This document shows positions 26,600 to 50,760 of a stretch of DNA of 64,000 nt, in pieces. The translations under genes and the position numbers were made by a program. The stretch is taken from positions 2,115,404-2,179,403 of the forward strand of contig CAJFCJ010000007.1 of NCBI GenBank assembly GCA_904063045.1, given 5' to 3'. This stretch comes from Dimorphilus gyrociliatus. Taxonomy: Eukaryota > Animalia > Annelida. Numbering within the stretch: the first letter of the stretch is position 1; each line of letters starts with the position of its first letter. The notes under the pieces were generated by a model. The model did not search any database, had not been told where the DNA came from, and was given only the letters and a program-made list of their open reading frames with translations.

Positions 26600-28583
26600 A
26601 AGGAAATTGCTACTTGTCCTTGAGTTTCGATTAAGATGGCATTAGTATCTGTTTATGACTGTTCCTTTTATCAACATCTATTAAATAAAAAGTAATTAGC
26701 AATTAAAGATTTTTTAGATATAGCGCGATGGTCATTCTGTTGTAGAAATTGCATATGGAATGTTTTATAAATTGTACAATACAATTGCTAATATGTTAAT
26801 GGCAACAATACAGATGAATATGAATGGAGAAAGATAAGTTCTAATATAAGTCATTGTGTAAGATTGCTTGAGCAAACTACATAATCGTTTACGCCTATTT
26901 CACGTTGTTCCGTTCGATTATATGCAGAAATGCAATAAGTTTTATGTTCTGCCCAAGCGATTATGACGTACGATAAATGAATGGCTCGAACGAATTGACA
27001 TAACAAATTGGCGCGGAAAAGACGATTTCAGTCTCGAAATGTAACAATAATATCCACGGTTTACTGAAAATACGCGAAAGACGATAAGCGTAATAAGTGA
27101 TGTCTCTATTGGCGTTCCCTTGCACCTTAAAGGTCAGAATACGCCAGAGGAGTAGCGTCTAAAAAACCGTAGTTTGATTAAGTCTGTTTCTAGAAAAAAA
27201 AATTTTATTCGACCGCCAACGAACATTAAATTGCGCTTGGCAGCGCCGCATTGCATTTGGATACACCGTTCGTCTCTGGGGATTGTTGTAGATTATGCAC
27301 AAATGATGCTACAAGTATTGCCGCGTCGATCGAATCTTGCACTATCGTACAGTAGTAGTGATTTTCCCCGTATTTATTTATTTATTTATTTATTTATTTA
27401 TTTTTCATTCAAATTCCCCTGAAATCCCAATTCCATCGTTGTCACATTTATATGGGAATAGTGTGTGAAATGGTAGGACTAGAGTACTTTCTTTCTTTTT
27501 TCACTTCACTATTTTCCTCGTTAGATTTAATGCTTGCTTAGTGTTTAATGGCCCCTACCGACTATAGGGGAGGGCCGTATTTTTTAGAAATATTTTCATA
27601 TATCTTTCCTATCCAGTTTGCCATTGAAGATAATAAAATTAAATACATTTAGTATTATTGTTTATTGCTAATATTATTGTAATTATTGCTATTATTATTA
27701 CCTTTATTAGTGTAGATATTAAATATTTATGAATGAATGTTTAATAAGGAAATGTATGTTATACCAAAAGGTAAGACTACAAGCGCTTTTCGAAACGTGT
27801 GAAAACAAAACGCAAACAACTGTTTGATCGATTTAAAAAGGCAAAAAGAAAATTGTCATGCTTCACAGAGAGCGCACATGAACCGAAACATGAATTTTAG
27901 AACGTACGCTTGTGGCTGTATCTCAGCGCCCATCGGCAGTTATTTCTTATTTATCGCAGCTTTAGATTTTGTTTATTCAACTATTGGCTTTTCCAACTAT
28001 ATACCTTATTTACAAGTTACTTGTATTCACATATTTTTTCATTTCATCCCTCTTTCCAATCACCAAACACCGTGATATAAACCGATCGCTTGCCACGAAC
28101 GATTGCTTTTTTTTTGAGAAATACACAAATTTAATAACGTTAGTTTGTAATATGAGACAGATACCGGAAATGATTTTTCGCTTTTTACCTTTAGTAGGAG
28201 AAAGAATCAAGTGGCAAGATTTTTAGAGAGAAACGAGCCTTACATGTCAGTTGTCTTCATTTATATTCTTCACCATTTATAAGTTTCCCCGTTTAGACTC
28301 TTTAATCATGTTCATTCTCTTTATAAAACACTTAATTTTCTAGTTTCGCTGGCTCAGCCGGTCTTTCAGTCAATTAGCCAAATTAACTAACCCTTGTGTT
28401 ACAGTTACAATGCAACTAATCTAGAGCATCAGTTTTCCCTGTACTCTTTTTTCAACTTTTATTACTTGATGACCAAGACACTTACTATGTTTTCTTTTAA
28501 ATTGATAAGCAACGTTTATTTCTATTACGATAGCACACTGTTAAGAACCCAATATTTTCCATAAAATATCGCTCTAATGATAA

Positions 28584-28595
28584 CGCCACCTGGTG
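28584..28595 (-). promoter_or_regulatory. CTCF-like motif (CACCAGGTGGCG on - strand)
   Basis: Near-consensus match about 80 bp upstream of the first iGluR ATG. Confidence 0.4.
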
Positions 28596-28671
28596 AATAT
28601 AAATGTAGAGACTAATCGTCGCAGAGAACGCATTCAGGATAGACATCCGACGGAATGAAGCTACGTAAAGG

Positions 28672-38741
<10,070 letters not shown>

Positions 38742-38937
38742 TAAAAGAAACAAGCTAATTTTTTTTTAAATTCTCATTTTCTTTTTCTGCATTTATCATT
38801 GTTATCTTCGATATAGTTTCAGTACAAAATACAAATAACATATATTTCCATTTTCATACATAAATAATATAAATTAAAAAAAAAATGATGTATTGTTTAC
38901 CTATCAGGCCAAGATCTAAGTTTGCAGTATATACTGC

Positions 38938-38939
<2 letters not shown>

Positions 38940-38984
<45 letters not shown>
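38940..38984. repeat. (AT)n microsatellite between the convergent iGluR genes
   Basis: Direct reading; a second (AT)n run lies at ~39488-39527. Confidence 0.9.
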
Positions 38985-38985
<1 letters not shown>

Positions 38986-39482
38986 GTGTGTATGTGTACT
39001 CAAACCCAAACTAAGGAATTTTAATTATATTTGTAAAAATAATATAAATATAATAAAAGGATTATATAATAATTCTTAATGCAAGACCTTGGTGGGAAAA
39101 TATATTTTATGACACATACTGAGCAAACATTTAGCATGAACGGCAAGTGATGTGAATAAAAACACTTTTTTTTTTATCAATTTACATAATACAGTTTATG
39201 TAACGTTATCGTTTGGTTTATTTTTTTCTTTTTTTTTTTTGAATATAGCAATATATACAGTATACATTAATTTGCATATGAATATATATATATATGATTT
39301 ATATGCTTTGTATACTTTTTTTGTAAATAGTAATGTAATATGTTGGCCGATATGGGGTTAATTTTAAAGAAAATAAAATCATGATACCTGTGTAAAGTGT
39401 AATGCGTTTTTTTTTCTTTTTCACAAAAGGAGAAGGCACTGATATTCTTTTTAATTTTTCTTTAGCAAAATTTAAACTTTGC

Positions 39483-39528
<46 letters not shown>

Positions 39529-39765
39529 TGTATTACACGAAAAATATATTGGTACTATACATATTGAAGCGCTGAAACTGCAAATTGCATTAAGAATATA
39601 TTACAATTAAAATTGAGTAATATGTATAATACACGATACATGTTATACTCGCGGAATACGATGTTTTAAATTGGCACATTTGGAAACGAATAAATTTCAG
39701 GTGAGCAAAGAGCACCAGGGCATGAGTATTTGATTATTGTACATCTACTATATATTTCTTTATGC

Positions 39766-42700
39766 CTAAGTTGAGATGTATTTTGAAGAGGCCGAACGAC
39801 CGCTTCCGTTGTAAGTGTAGGATCCAGTGAGAGGCATTAGAGTAAGACCATTATCAGTAACAGTTGTTTTTCTTGGCCTCTTATGTTCTGGATTACTTAG
39901 TGACTTGGTCGACGATCCTGTACATCGAACGGCGAATCGTAATTCGTCCGCCATCTCTTGACAGATGGATCTCTATATGAGGGAGGGAGGAGTTTAGTTA
40001 AAAAGAACGATGAATATTATCTAATTATATCATAGATATAATTAGACGCCTGTTTACTAACCCTATCCTCTCCAGCATTCTTATTAGCTTTCCAGACAAA
40101 TTCCAGAACGGCTACGATAAGTGATAAGGAGAGCCCTCCCAAGAGGACTACAAATATGCCGCCCACGTTAGCAATAGATAGCGCGTTAGCGTCCTTTTGC
40201 TTTTTATCGTCCGTTTCACATTGTCCACCGCCGCCCTTCTCTTTCCACCATTTATTATAAAAGATTTGCAGTTTTTGGTCTTCGGCCAATTTGAGTATAC
40301 TACTAGAAATCTTATCCCTCCATATCGAACCCATCGGCGTTCCTATACCGTATCCTTTCGAATCTAATAGACCGCCGACTTGCATAAGATCACAATCTCT
40401 CTCCACCTTATATTCATTCATAGTGCTTTCAAGTAGAAAAGCGTAGTTACCTTTTTTGACCCTCTTAATACCTTCCTCTGTCGTGTTTGCAAAAACAGAC
40501 GGGGTTGTTTTTTCCATAAATTTCCACATACGTTGATAAGTTTCAATTTCGGAGTCGCGGAAAAAAGCCATGGTTGAACCACCCCTCAATGTTCCATATC
40601 TGATAGCTACTTGTTTGGCCAAATCATCTGCACTCTCAATTGGTGAAACCATCCGTTCAACGGTAAGAAATGCAGCTAAATTAGCAGTGTAAGAAGATAT
40701 TATAATTAATGTGAAGAACCACCAAATGCCGCTAACGAGACGCGTTGAGACAGCTCTAGGTGCCACCTCCGAACCCTGCTGCATTAGCGAACCAATTGTG
40801 AACCAAAGGCTATTGAGCAAAGTAAATTGATTTTCCACAACATCAGAATCCTTATCGCAGGGATGCGGGTTATACCATTCGTAAGGAGAGAAGCGAGCAA
40901 CGATAAATAAAGTAAAGCTTACGCCCAAATAGGCAACTAACACGTATAACCATATTTGAAAGGATAGAGGTGACAAAAAAGAGAACAAGTATGGGTCCTT
41001 TTTCTCTGGTTTCTTAAATATGATTGATATGCCTAAATTCATAAACGGTTTCGTAAAATCAATAACTCGCTCTCGATCGTACGTTATAGTCAATGAAGCG
41101 ACAGCTAAATCGGCTCTTTTATTAATTAATTCACCGACCATTCCATTCCAATTACCGGATTTATCCTCAACACCGTAATTCATGTCGGGTACAAGATAAA
41201 TGGAGTAATTAAAATTGTGCATTTTCGAAATAGCCTCAAGCAAATCCACGCAATAACCTTCGAAAGTTATATTGCCCTCCGAATCATTCTTTACAAAGAT
41301 ATACGGCTCCTCCTATCATGTACATAGACAAAAGGTAAAAAATTAGTTTACGAGGATCGACGCGTGTAAACTACAAATTTAAGATAATGTAATGGAATAC
41401 CAACCGCAATAGTAGTCACACGAAGCGTCTTATTTTGCAAAGAATCTGTGATTTTATCATTCAATTGAGAGTAATTTCTGGTTATGTTTAATCCGGTCGA
41501 TACGTTCCAATAGCCGACTTTTTCCGTTTCACCGCTGAAATTTATTTCCACTAAATCCATTTGTAAGTTTCTCCGTTTACCGTCAACGAATTCTATTCGT
41601 CCGGTTAGGCCGTCCAAACGGGTATTTGCCAATAAGTTGTTTATGGTCGATCCATCTTCCCAAGCGTCGGATTTCGAACAAGAAAGGGGAATTGGCCTTA
41701 TAACGTGTCCTTTGTTGGCTTCCTCCAATGCGTTAGTTAACGCGAATACGGAATCGTAAATTAACGCCAATTCCGTCTTTATAGAAGTAACCCTCTTCCT
41801 GCCTCTGTATTCTCTTACAAACTTCTTAACCATGGCATTATTGGGGTTTATTAAACGGTATCCAGTTATATTTACTGGATTATGTTTCCTAACCTCCAAT
41901 AATTCAATGTCCAACGACGTTAAAAAGTACTTGTAATAGCTTGATAACATATCTAAACTTGATGCCTGATCTACTATAACTCTAACTTCATCGATATCGC
42001 AATCCAATACGATATTATTAAAGTTTTCTCGCTTCTTTATACGTTGTAAGATAGGCCTGTAATTTGGCGGTGATTCATCTGATTCCAACTTTCCGAACAT
42101 AATCTTGTTCCCCTTAATAGAAGATAATTTGAATATTTGCTCCAACCGTAACAAATTCCCAGCATCTTTGTATAAAATAACGAATTTCTCCCAGCCGGCT
42201 CGACTGATAAAAGCTGTAAACGCCTTTGATAGTAACTCGAAATCTGGATATAAGTTGATCGAAGATTGTTCGGAAGATTCCGACCTCCTGTAGGAAGTCT
42301 CTATGTGTGGAATTTCCATCGTGTGACACAATGATTGAACATGGGCGGATGGATGTGGCGAATGGGGCCCAAATACGGCAACAATACCATTCTTCGTCCG
42401 TAAGGCCCTGCAAACTATGAAAGCAGGAGATAAAATACAAAAGAAAAAGAAAAGGAAGTGAAGAAATAAAAAAAAAGTGGAAGAGAGTACTAAACGAGCA
42501 TTTTCTTGCCGCGAGGTTGTTTAATTAATGAGCTACAATGCCAAAACGAATTGGTTGGCGCGTCAATTTATAGTGACGCCGAAAAATGTAGACGTTTTCC
42601 GCGGCCAAACTCTTCGCGGAAAGAACAGAGCCTTAGGCTCTGAGAGGTGATGAAAAGAAAATTCCACTTGCAAATGACACACTACCGTTCCGTTCCATCC

Positions 42701-44002
42701 TCTAACCTCCCCTAAAAAAATATACGCGAAAAACTGCTCACAGCTGTTACCATCTGCATTCGGACCGCAAACTTTCAAACGCTTCAGTGCTTTCTCTGAC
42801 CGCCCCTTTTTTTTATTTGCTCATTCTCTTTGCATTAGTATTTTTTCGTACCTCACGAATATCAAGTGTATAATTAGCAATAATCGTAGTTCTGTAAAAT
42901 TTGCATAGACCATTCAATAAAACTTTCTTTACAATATAGACTTATGCTGGCGGACTGCATATTGAAAAAAATAGAACCGCAAATTAATTCAATCTCTCTT
43001 TTCAAACGCATCTATCACTCTGGCTCTAACCTTTTTTAGACGCTAAGAAACTGTCATCGGCAGGCGTGTGACTAATGTCGTATTGCAGGTGAAAGGCGCC
43101 GTTTCTATCCGAATTATATTTCTCCACAGCGAAACCAAACACAGATTCGGCATCTACTCGTTCGTGTTCGAAGAGAGCAGCTGTATTAAAATATTATAGA
43201 TATTTATTTAAAAAAATCAGTAGTAAACTTTTATCATTGTTTGTTCTATTGTTTAATTAGCAAAAGTATCCTGTAGAGTATTTAGAATTAAGACCATTAT
43301 ACCTGAAAAGCAAATATAATCACCTCTAAATCCACATGTAAAGCGCGAACATATAGATAGATAGATTTACTAGGACTCATGGGTATATTTAAGAATGTGA
43401 TACATGTGTATATATACTGTATATATATAATATATATATGAGTGTCTGTTGTGCTGTTGTGTGAGAGTGTGTGCAAGAGAGCTTTTGCATGTGCATAAGT
43501 TCGTATTAAATGTTTACACCACATTTATTTATGTATAAATATATCTCTAAAGGGATTTTTTTGACAAAGGAGCCAAATTGCAGTAGCCGCGAGATGAAAA
43601 CGCTAACGGCAAAGAAGGAGGGAAAGTGCAATGTTTACGTGACATTCAAACGCCGTCGGAAAATCTCTACGGGAAGGCTTAATCTAAAGCGGGGCCTTCG
43701 GATTATATACTATACGTATGTCCCGTATCGTATATACAATATATTTTTGTAATATATTATATACAATAAACGATATTTTACGCCTAATATATACTCAAAA
43801 TTATACAATAAACGATTATTTGTTCAGAAAGTACATTCCGAAAGAGCAAACAACCTTCTAACTTGTTAGCGCGAGTAATTCGTTTTCCGATTTGAGAATT
43901 TGTTGAGTCAGACTTATTGTAAACAGCTGCTTATAACTCGAATGCCGCCTCAATACTTTACATATATACCTATAATATATATATATATATATATGTATAT
44001 AA

Positions 44003-44038
<36 letters not shown>

Positions 44039-44417
44039 CATGTGGTATATATAGAATGCAAACACATATATACATGTTAATTGTTTGAATATAATTGATA
44101 TGCTTAAAAAATAAATATGAATATACATAAAATTACTAGTGCATATTCATATTGTTCCCTAAGGCCTATGAATGAAATGAAAACCATTCTTGTAATTGCT
44201 AAGAATTATGTCAGAATGTTGGTAACGTCATTAGCATTCATTTATCAATTGTATTTATTCTATACCAATTATATTTTTTTTCAGGTTGTAGGCTTAGAAA
44301 ATTACTAGAATGCTTAAATTTTTACTGACCTACTGTTAAAGTTGTCTTCCTGTCGCCTTCTACTAGGAGAAGATAGGTTTTAAAAAGAAGAGCGAAAAAG
44401 ACAGCCGATGGCGACAT
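39766..44417 (-). CDS. GRIK: ionotropic glutamate receptor, kainate-type (copy B), 901 aa, 5 exons
   Basis: Exons 44417-44330, 43180-43031, 42414-41405, 41312-40062 and 39972-39766 (sum 2706 nt). Signal peptide [106 protein letters not shown]. Confidence 0.93.
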
Positions 44418-45381
44418 TACATCCTCCTTTAGCCTGTGTGAATGGTTCAGCACGGTATAAAATAGTTGTAAAAACAAATTCAAATTATAATATTGAATAT
44501 GAAAAACTATTGCAGTATTGTGCTGGCGAGTTCGTAACACTTGTTCCCCACCGTATTCAAATACGCATGCGCATTGGAAAACAAGTGCTAAAGTATATAG
44601 AAGTCGGACTGTTTGTAAGCAACGATATGCTTTTTCTGCATGCTTATAAACACGCTGCCAAACTGTTGCCTTCTCTTACAGAATGAGTGAGTGAATGATT
44701 GAGCTAAGGAAAACGTTAAGGGAGGTAGAGTGCTAGGGAGCAAGGAGAAGGTAAAGTAAGTGAAGTGAGAGAATAAGAAAGGCAGGAAGACGGATAGCGA
44801 GCAGCAGAGAGAGACACACAAAGACTAAGGGGGTAGAGGGTTACCGGAGTTAAGAGGGATATAAAGGAATAAGAGAATAAAATATATTAAAAAAAAAATA
44901 ACTGTATTCGAAAAGGATTGAGGGGGTGAAAGAAAGTAAGAAAATCCTGTTCAAATACGTATGTTCTTTTCGTAATTGTGTGTTTTTAACATTTTTCACA
45001 ACGACCTATAAGCGGTTATCTAAATATTGGCTCAGAAACAATCAGAGACCAATTAGAAGAAAAGAACTAGCTTTCGATGATCAATATTCGAAATATAATT
45101 ATAGAAATAGTGTGAAAAAAAACGAGAACATTTTTATAAATAATCATACAGAAACGTACCTACTTACTACTTACAAAGGCAAGGCAACTAGACAAGTAAT
45201 TCGAAACTCTAAAATGCCGTTCCATTATTAAATATGAAAAAGCAGCGGATTAATAAAATTCGACCGCAAAGAAAAAGCCTACCCGATTTTTGTCGACTTT
45301 TCTCCACAAAGTATGCGAAAATATTAAATGTGATTTCGTTTTCTTTTTCTCTCTCTAGTCTATTTTCTCTGTCTCCTTCCC

Positions 45382-45384
45382 TCG

Positions 45385-45428
<44 letters not shown>
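45382..45428. repeat. (CT)n microsatellite upstream of iGluR-B
   Basis: Direct reading of the sequence. Confidence 0.9.
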
Positions 45429-45432
<4 letters not shown>

Positions 45433-45790
45433 TACACGCTTTATTTTTCTCTCGTTTCCTCTCTCTCACTGCTCTGTCTTTGTCTGTCACTGTTTCAGTA
45501 GAAAAGAGTTTTCTCTTTTGTCTTTCTGCTCTATTATCACTTTTTCCTTTATCTTGTGTCCTCTTAAAAAGTTTTATATTATCAAATACAAAGCGGTGTT
45601 TTTCATGAAGAAGATGATCCGTAAAAACAAGTAAAGAGTTATTCCCGTCCTAATATTTTGATACATATACATAAATATACATATCTTTTAAAATATAAAT
45701 ATGTATATATATGCTTATGTAAAATCGTTCTCAGCGGTCTGGCCCACTCTCCCTCCGGAAGCCAAAATACGCGGTTGCCGTTAACTAGTC

Positions 45791-45804
45791 GGAAGGGGGC
45801 GCTG
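45791..45804 (+). promoter_or_regulatory. CTCF-like motif (GGAAGGGGGCGCTG)
   Basis: AGGGGGCGCT core in a CpG-rich island 5' of iGluR-B. Confidence 0.35.
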
Positions 45805-46780
45805 TATTTAGCGCAGGTTTAGTGGAAATTAACGATCGTCCATTATAACTGATTATGATTAATTCTCCAACCCTTTCACACAATCGTCTCTTGCGTATAT
45901 AAGCCTTAACTCATACATTTATACTGAATATTGGAGCAGTGAGGCATTTAAAAAAAAATACTAATAGAGAAAAGAAAGTAAAGAAAAGGAAAAACTATCC
46001 GTCAACGAGCTATCAATCCGCCAAAAATTCGCGTCTTCCAACATTTTAGCGGATATCTTGTTTGTTATCGCAACTGCAACAGGTTTGCAGATTGTTTACA
46101 GTTTTTAATAAGGTCAATAGCTCCTCAATACCCTGTTTATATTGGCCGCAGAAATTTTCGTTATACAAGCTTGCTGACAAATTTATTCCTCAGCAAAATA
46201 TGTGCTTAGACGAAATCCGATACAGTCGATACTTGAGATAGAAAGAATGAATAAATGAAAAAATTAAGAGTAAGTTAAACGTTGGCTTTTCAACTAGCAC
46301 TTGTCTCTATGAATATTCTTGAAAGGAAAAGAAAAAAGAAAAGTATAATTTGTCCCCATTACTACCCAAACGTAGGCTTCGTCTCCACCCCCTTTTCCTC
46401 CCATTTTTTTTTATGGGCATTCTCTTTCTGGACAGAATGACTAAACTGAAAATAAACGTACTAGAGAAAAACAAAATTAACCTTATTTCCCCAGCGGTTT
46501 ATAATTAACTAACTAACAATAAGCTATCGTTTTCTCTTCATCGTATCACTTTGATTAACCGGCCTATGAGATGTAATCTCCGCCAACCAATGCTCTGGCA
46601 TTCTCCATAAACCAGAAACAGACGTTTGCGTATTCGGGTTATGTATATATTGTATATACAGTGTATAAACTGTAAAATTCTCAAGAGGCTTTATGTGTTG
46701 TATATAAAGTGAAGAATATGAGGATTAAAAATATATAGGTTTTCGATATACAATATATAATATACACTAAGTTGAATATC

Positions 46781-46812
<32 letters not shown>

Positions 46813-49434
46813 TATAGTATAGTATAGTATATTGTATATAAAAAGAAATATACTGTATACAGTAGAGTATATACAATTATTTCACCGCACATAAGCACAC
46901 GCGTAACTCTCAATATATACTTTATTTATGCTAAATATATACAGTATATATATACTTAATACATATACTATTTCGTTTATTAAAGAAACAATCAACTTTC
47001 AATAGCAATCGCAGCTGACAAACAATCAACTTCTACATGTTGAGTTCACCTTAAATCACATCTTAAATGTGCAATAAGTACATGGCATCTGCTTAGATAC
47101 TTCAGGTATATTATTGTATAACTATAGGTTGAACGCGAAACCGTATCGCATATGTATTTTATTTGAATTAAGGAAATAAATTCCTTTTCGCTTAGTCTTT
47201 CATTACCCCCGTATTAGCTGTCTTAAAAGATGGAAAAAAATCCACCTTCTATCACCTTCTGTACAGTTTGCCTAAACAGTTTTTTTCAAATTGAAGGCGT
47301 TGGTAATCTTTCTGTCGACGCCTGCTTTTCTACCGGCTTTCAGCATTTACCACACCTTAAAAGCGTCGAGCTTTTCCGGTAATAAAATGGTAAAGGTAAC
47401 TTTTAGCCTAGCCAATGGAAATACCGACTCCGCCTATTTATCTCCTGATTGAAAATAGCTTTGGGGAAATAGAAAAGGAGAGGATAGGAGTTTAGGAAGC
47501 TCTAATGCTATGGGGAGAGATATTTCTTTAAGCGTTCACCAATATCGTACAGGTGGCGCATCCGAAGTCTGTCTTTCCTATTATAGCTCCAGGCGTTACT
47601 GGTTTTCGTCCCAATCGACTTTGTCGAGTTTCTTTTGATACACTCATGAAAAGTTCTCCTTTTCCCCCTTTTCACCTTACTCCTTATACAACGAACAAAC
47701 CGAATCATACAGCATAACGGTTCGTCAAGTTTCAGGTTTCCCTCCTTAAAGATTTTCTCTTTTTAATTCGGATGAGAGCCATACTCTTATCGCCTCCCTC
47801 CCGCTAGAATAATTTATTACGCAATTGCTCGGGTAGCAATGGTTTTCTTTTCTATTTCCTAGAATAAACATACACCTCGAAGAAGGAGAGGGAAAAAATT
47901 TTTAAGTCAATTCTACTTTTTTCTGATTCTCTGGACGCCCGCAAAATCAGATCGGAAAACTACACCAGAAAATCCTTATTATCCGCCATATCATACCCTT
48001 GTCTGCTATTACTTCTAAAAATAAATGTATAAATGACAAGCTGTACGATGTTGTGGCAAGTTTCAGTAATTCTATATAAATATAATATAGGTTTGTATAT
48101 TAAAAACAAAATTTTATATATACTGCATGAATTCTTATATAGTGTCTATTATACTGTATGTATACTATATATATATATACAGTATATACTGTATATAGAC
48201 TATATTTCTCTAATCTATATATATATTTATATATACATTATATACTAAATATGTAAATCTTGAAGATAAATCTGCTATGTATTAAAGTATTTGGGTAAAA
48301 ATTTGAGATTATTAAGAATGGTCAGCAGATGCCAACACTTTTCAAGGATAGTTTTTTATTAAAATGCATTCTTTATATTCTAAATTTGTTTACTTTCAGG
48401 GAAATATTTTGAATACTTTCTAGTTAATTATAGCGTTCCTTCGCTGAAAAGTAGATGATTACTTTACGCCTCTTCTCTATGAAAAATTGCGGAATTGACG
48501 GATGAATAATGGCTTTTAAAGTAGTAAATTGGAAAAAAAAGCGTGGTTTAATAGGATTTTACTAGCAATTTGTTATATCTAAACAACGCAATTTTCTTCT
48601 TAGTATAAAGAGAAGAGTTTGCTTCTCATTGCTCGTATAAACTGAAAGTGTTGCATGATTAAGAAGAGTAAATCACAGAAAACCTTTTGCTCTTTCCAGG
48701 ATATAATAGCTGACAGTTTCCGATTTGGCAAACGTCAAAATTCGCAAAGTATTATAGCGCAATCATTTGCAATAAATAAGACTAATACAATATTGAAAAA
48801 GATAAAGAATTTGCAATAAATATTCTGACTTGCTAAAGATTTCGCATATTATCATATGAAGGGCCAAGGGAAAAGGATATTTATTTAATTTTAGAGGCCT
48901 TTTTAATTAACTTAATTCCCTTTAAGTACAAGTACAAATATAAAACTTTGCTATTCAGTCAAACTAATAACTTAATAAAGAAAAATGATACTATATCTTT
49001 CAACAGCCAATTGGTGGGTAATTGAAGAGAAAGACGGTATTAATATCTTGTTACTAATGCGTTAATCTTTTACTATTTCTACGATCAAGTAATATTCGAT
49101 AATCCTTTAATATGAAGTGACATATAAAAAAAAAGATCTTAAAAAAAATAATACTTATTAACATTTTTTTAACATTTCTATTAGTTAGATACAAAGAAGA
49201 GTTTTGTTCGTATAGTTGTCAAGCTATTTACGACAATTTTACAATTCATTCAGAATATAATCTGGGAAAAATTTTGTTTGGTTTTTTTTTCAAAGAATCT
49301 AGAACCATTAACTTTATTGTTTATTTTTTTAGGTAAACAAATTCCTTTATACACAAACGACATACCATACATTTGCAGTCTAGATTTGAATAAGAAATAA
49401 CAGTAATAGATACTAAGTAACTAAATAAATTCTG

Positions 49435-50760
49435 CTAAGAATTTTTCTTATTCGAGTCAGAATCTTGTTTCTTTTCTTCGTTATTTTCTTTTGTCTTCTC
49501 CTCAAATATTTCATCAAAGTCCTTTACGCCGTAAGCTAAGGAACCTTCTTCAGGCAATTCCGAATCTTTCTGGTTCACAATTTGTTTTCGACTCTCAGAA
49601 AACAATTTTCGAATTTCTTCAATTTCCTTCTTATCGACAGTCGTTTGCATTTTTGGCATGGTGAAAACATCTACGAAACAAAATTTAGTTAACCACAATT
49701 TCTGAACTAATTTTACGGTTCTATCAACTACAATTGCACTAAATTTAAAATTGGTCGATGAATACCTTCTCCAACGTTTGCTAAAAGCCTATTTACATCT
49801 TCATCAGTTCCCGTGAGAAGAGTTTCTGTATAAGTGGGAGGGATAAATGCTCCAGCAACTAGACGTCTTTCAGAATTTAAAAAATTAAAAGTAGCCAAAG
49901 CTTGCTCCTATTAGAAGTAACAATTATTCTCGTAGGATATTTTCACTAAATTTAAATATATATATATATTTAGATATAATTTATATATTCTTACTGTTGG
50001 TAATAACTCCAAATTAACTTTATGTTTCCGTAAAAAGGTTAATGCATTCATTTTTAATTTGCTTAAATTCTCACTTTCTCCTACTCCCAGAACAAGTATA
50101 TCTGAAAGATGTAAACAAATTAATTTGATGTGTTAAATAACCCTCTCTTTCCCTCTAATTTTTCGGGTATTTTATCTATTATTTACCTAATTTAGGCTCT
50201 AAAGTAGTAAAAAGTGAAAGGGATTCTTCAGTAACATCTTCAATACCACTAATCTAATTTTTATAAAAAAAACATTTATTGAAATTGCTAATTATATAAA
50301 AAAATGAACATACATTCCAAGCAAGAAAGGACTTGGGAAACAGAATGCAAGGACCCAAAATTCTTATACCATTACTTAATTTTATGCCATTTTCGTTAAA
50401 TGTATCGACAAACATGCCCTCTTGGTTTTCATTTAGTATATCAACAGTTGCATCATAGTCCCCCTTGTCGTAGTGCCGTTTAAAAGTCCTGGAAATATTC
50501 GAATTTAAAGAATATTGTATTACTATATAGCATTTTCATAATTCTATATCAAAATATACATTCTACTGAAATAGATTATGGAAAATTCAAAACACGTTCG
50601 TTATAAAACTTTTATTATCACCCAACTAAAATTCTATTTTTACGCATTAATATCAAAGTCTTCTCTTAAATCTAAAAAGACAGAAAAAACTGATTCATTA
50701 TACTAACTTTTGAATTAATGATATGCTTCTTAGATTCGTTGATGTTAATCTACGAAGCAT
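49435..50760 (-). CDS. NDUFAF3: complex I assembly factor NDUFAF3 with acidic C-terminal extension, 259 aa
   Basis: Exons 50760-50708, 50488-50314, 50253-50187, 50101-49995, 49907-49766 and 49670-49435. Presequence MLRRLTSTNLRS; motifs ILGPCILFP..WN, DVTEESLSLF..LEPKLDILVLGVG and ALATFNFLNSERRLVAGAFIPP. Confidence 0.9.

Noticed and set aside
39694-39716. miR-87-like words (tttcaggtg, gtgagcaaag)
   Set aside because: The halves are in swapped order and no precursor hairpin is visible.
45234-45608. 124-aa ORF with SLSL repeats
   Set aside because: Translation of the (CT)n microsatellite.
47300-47400. Short inverted words (tcgacgc/gcgtcga, taccgg/ccggta) suggesting an RNA structure
   Set aside because: The pairings do not nest into one stable hairpin, and no ncRNA family motif is recognisable.
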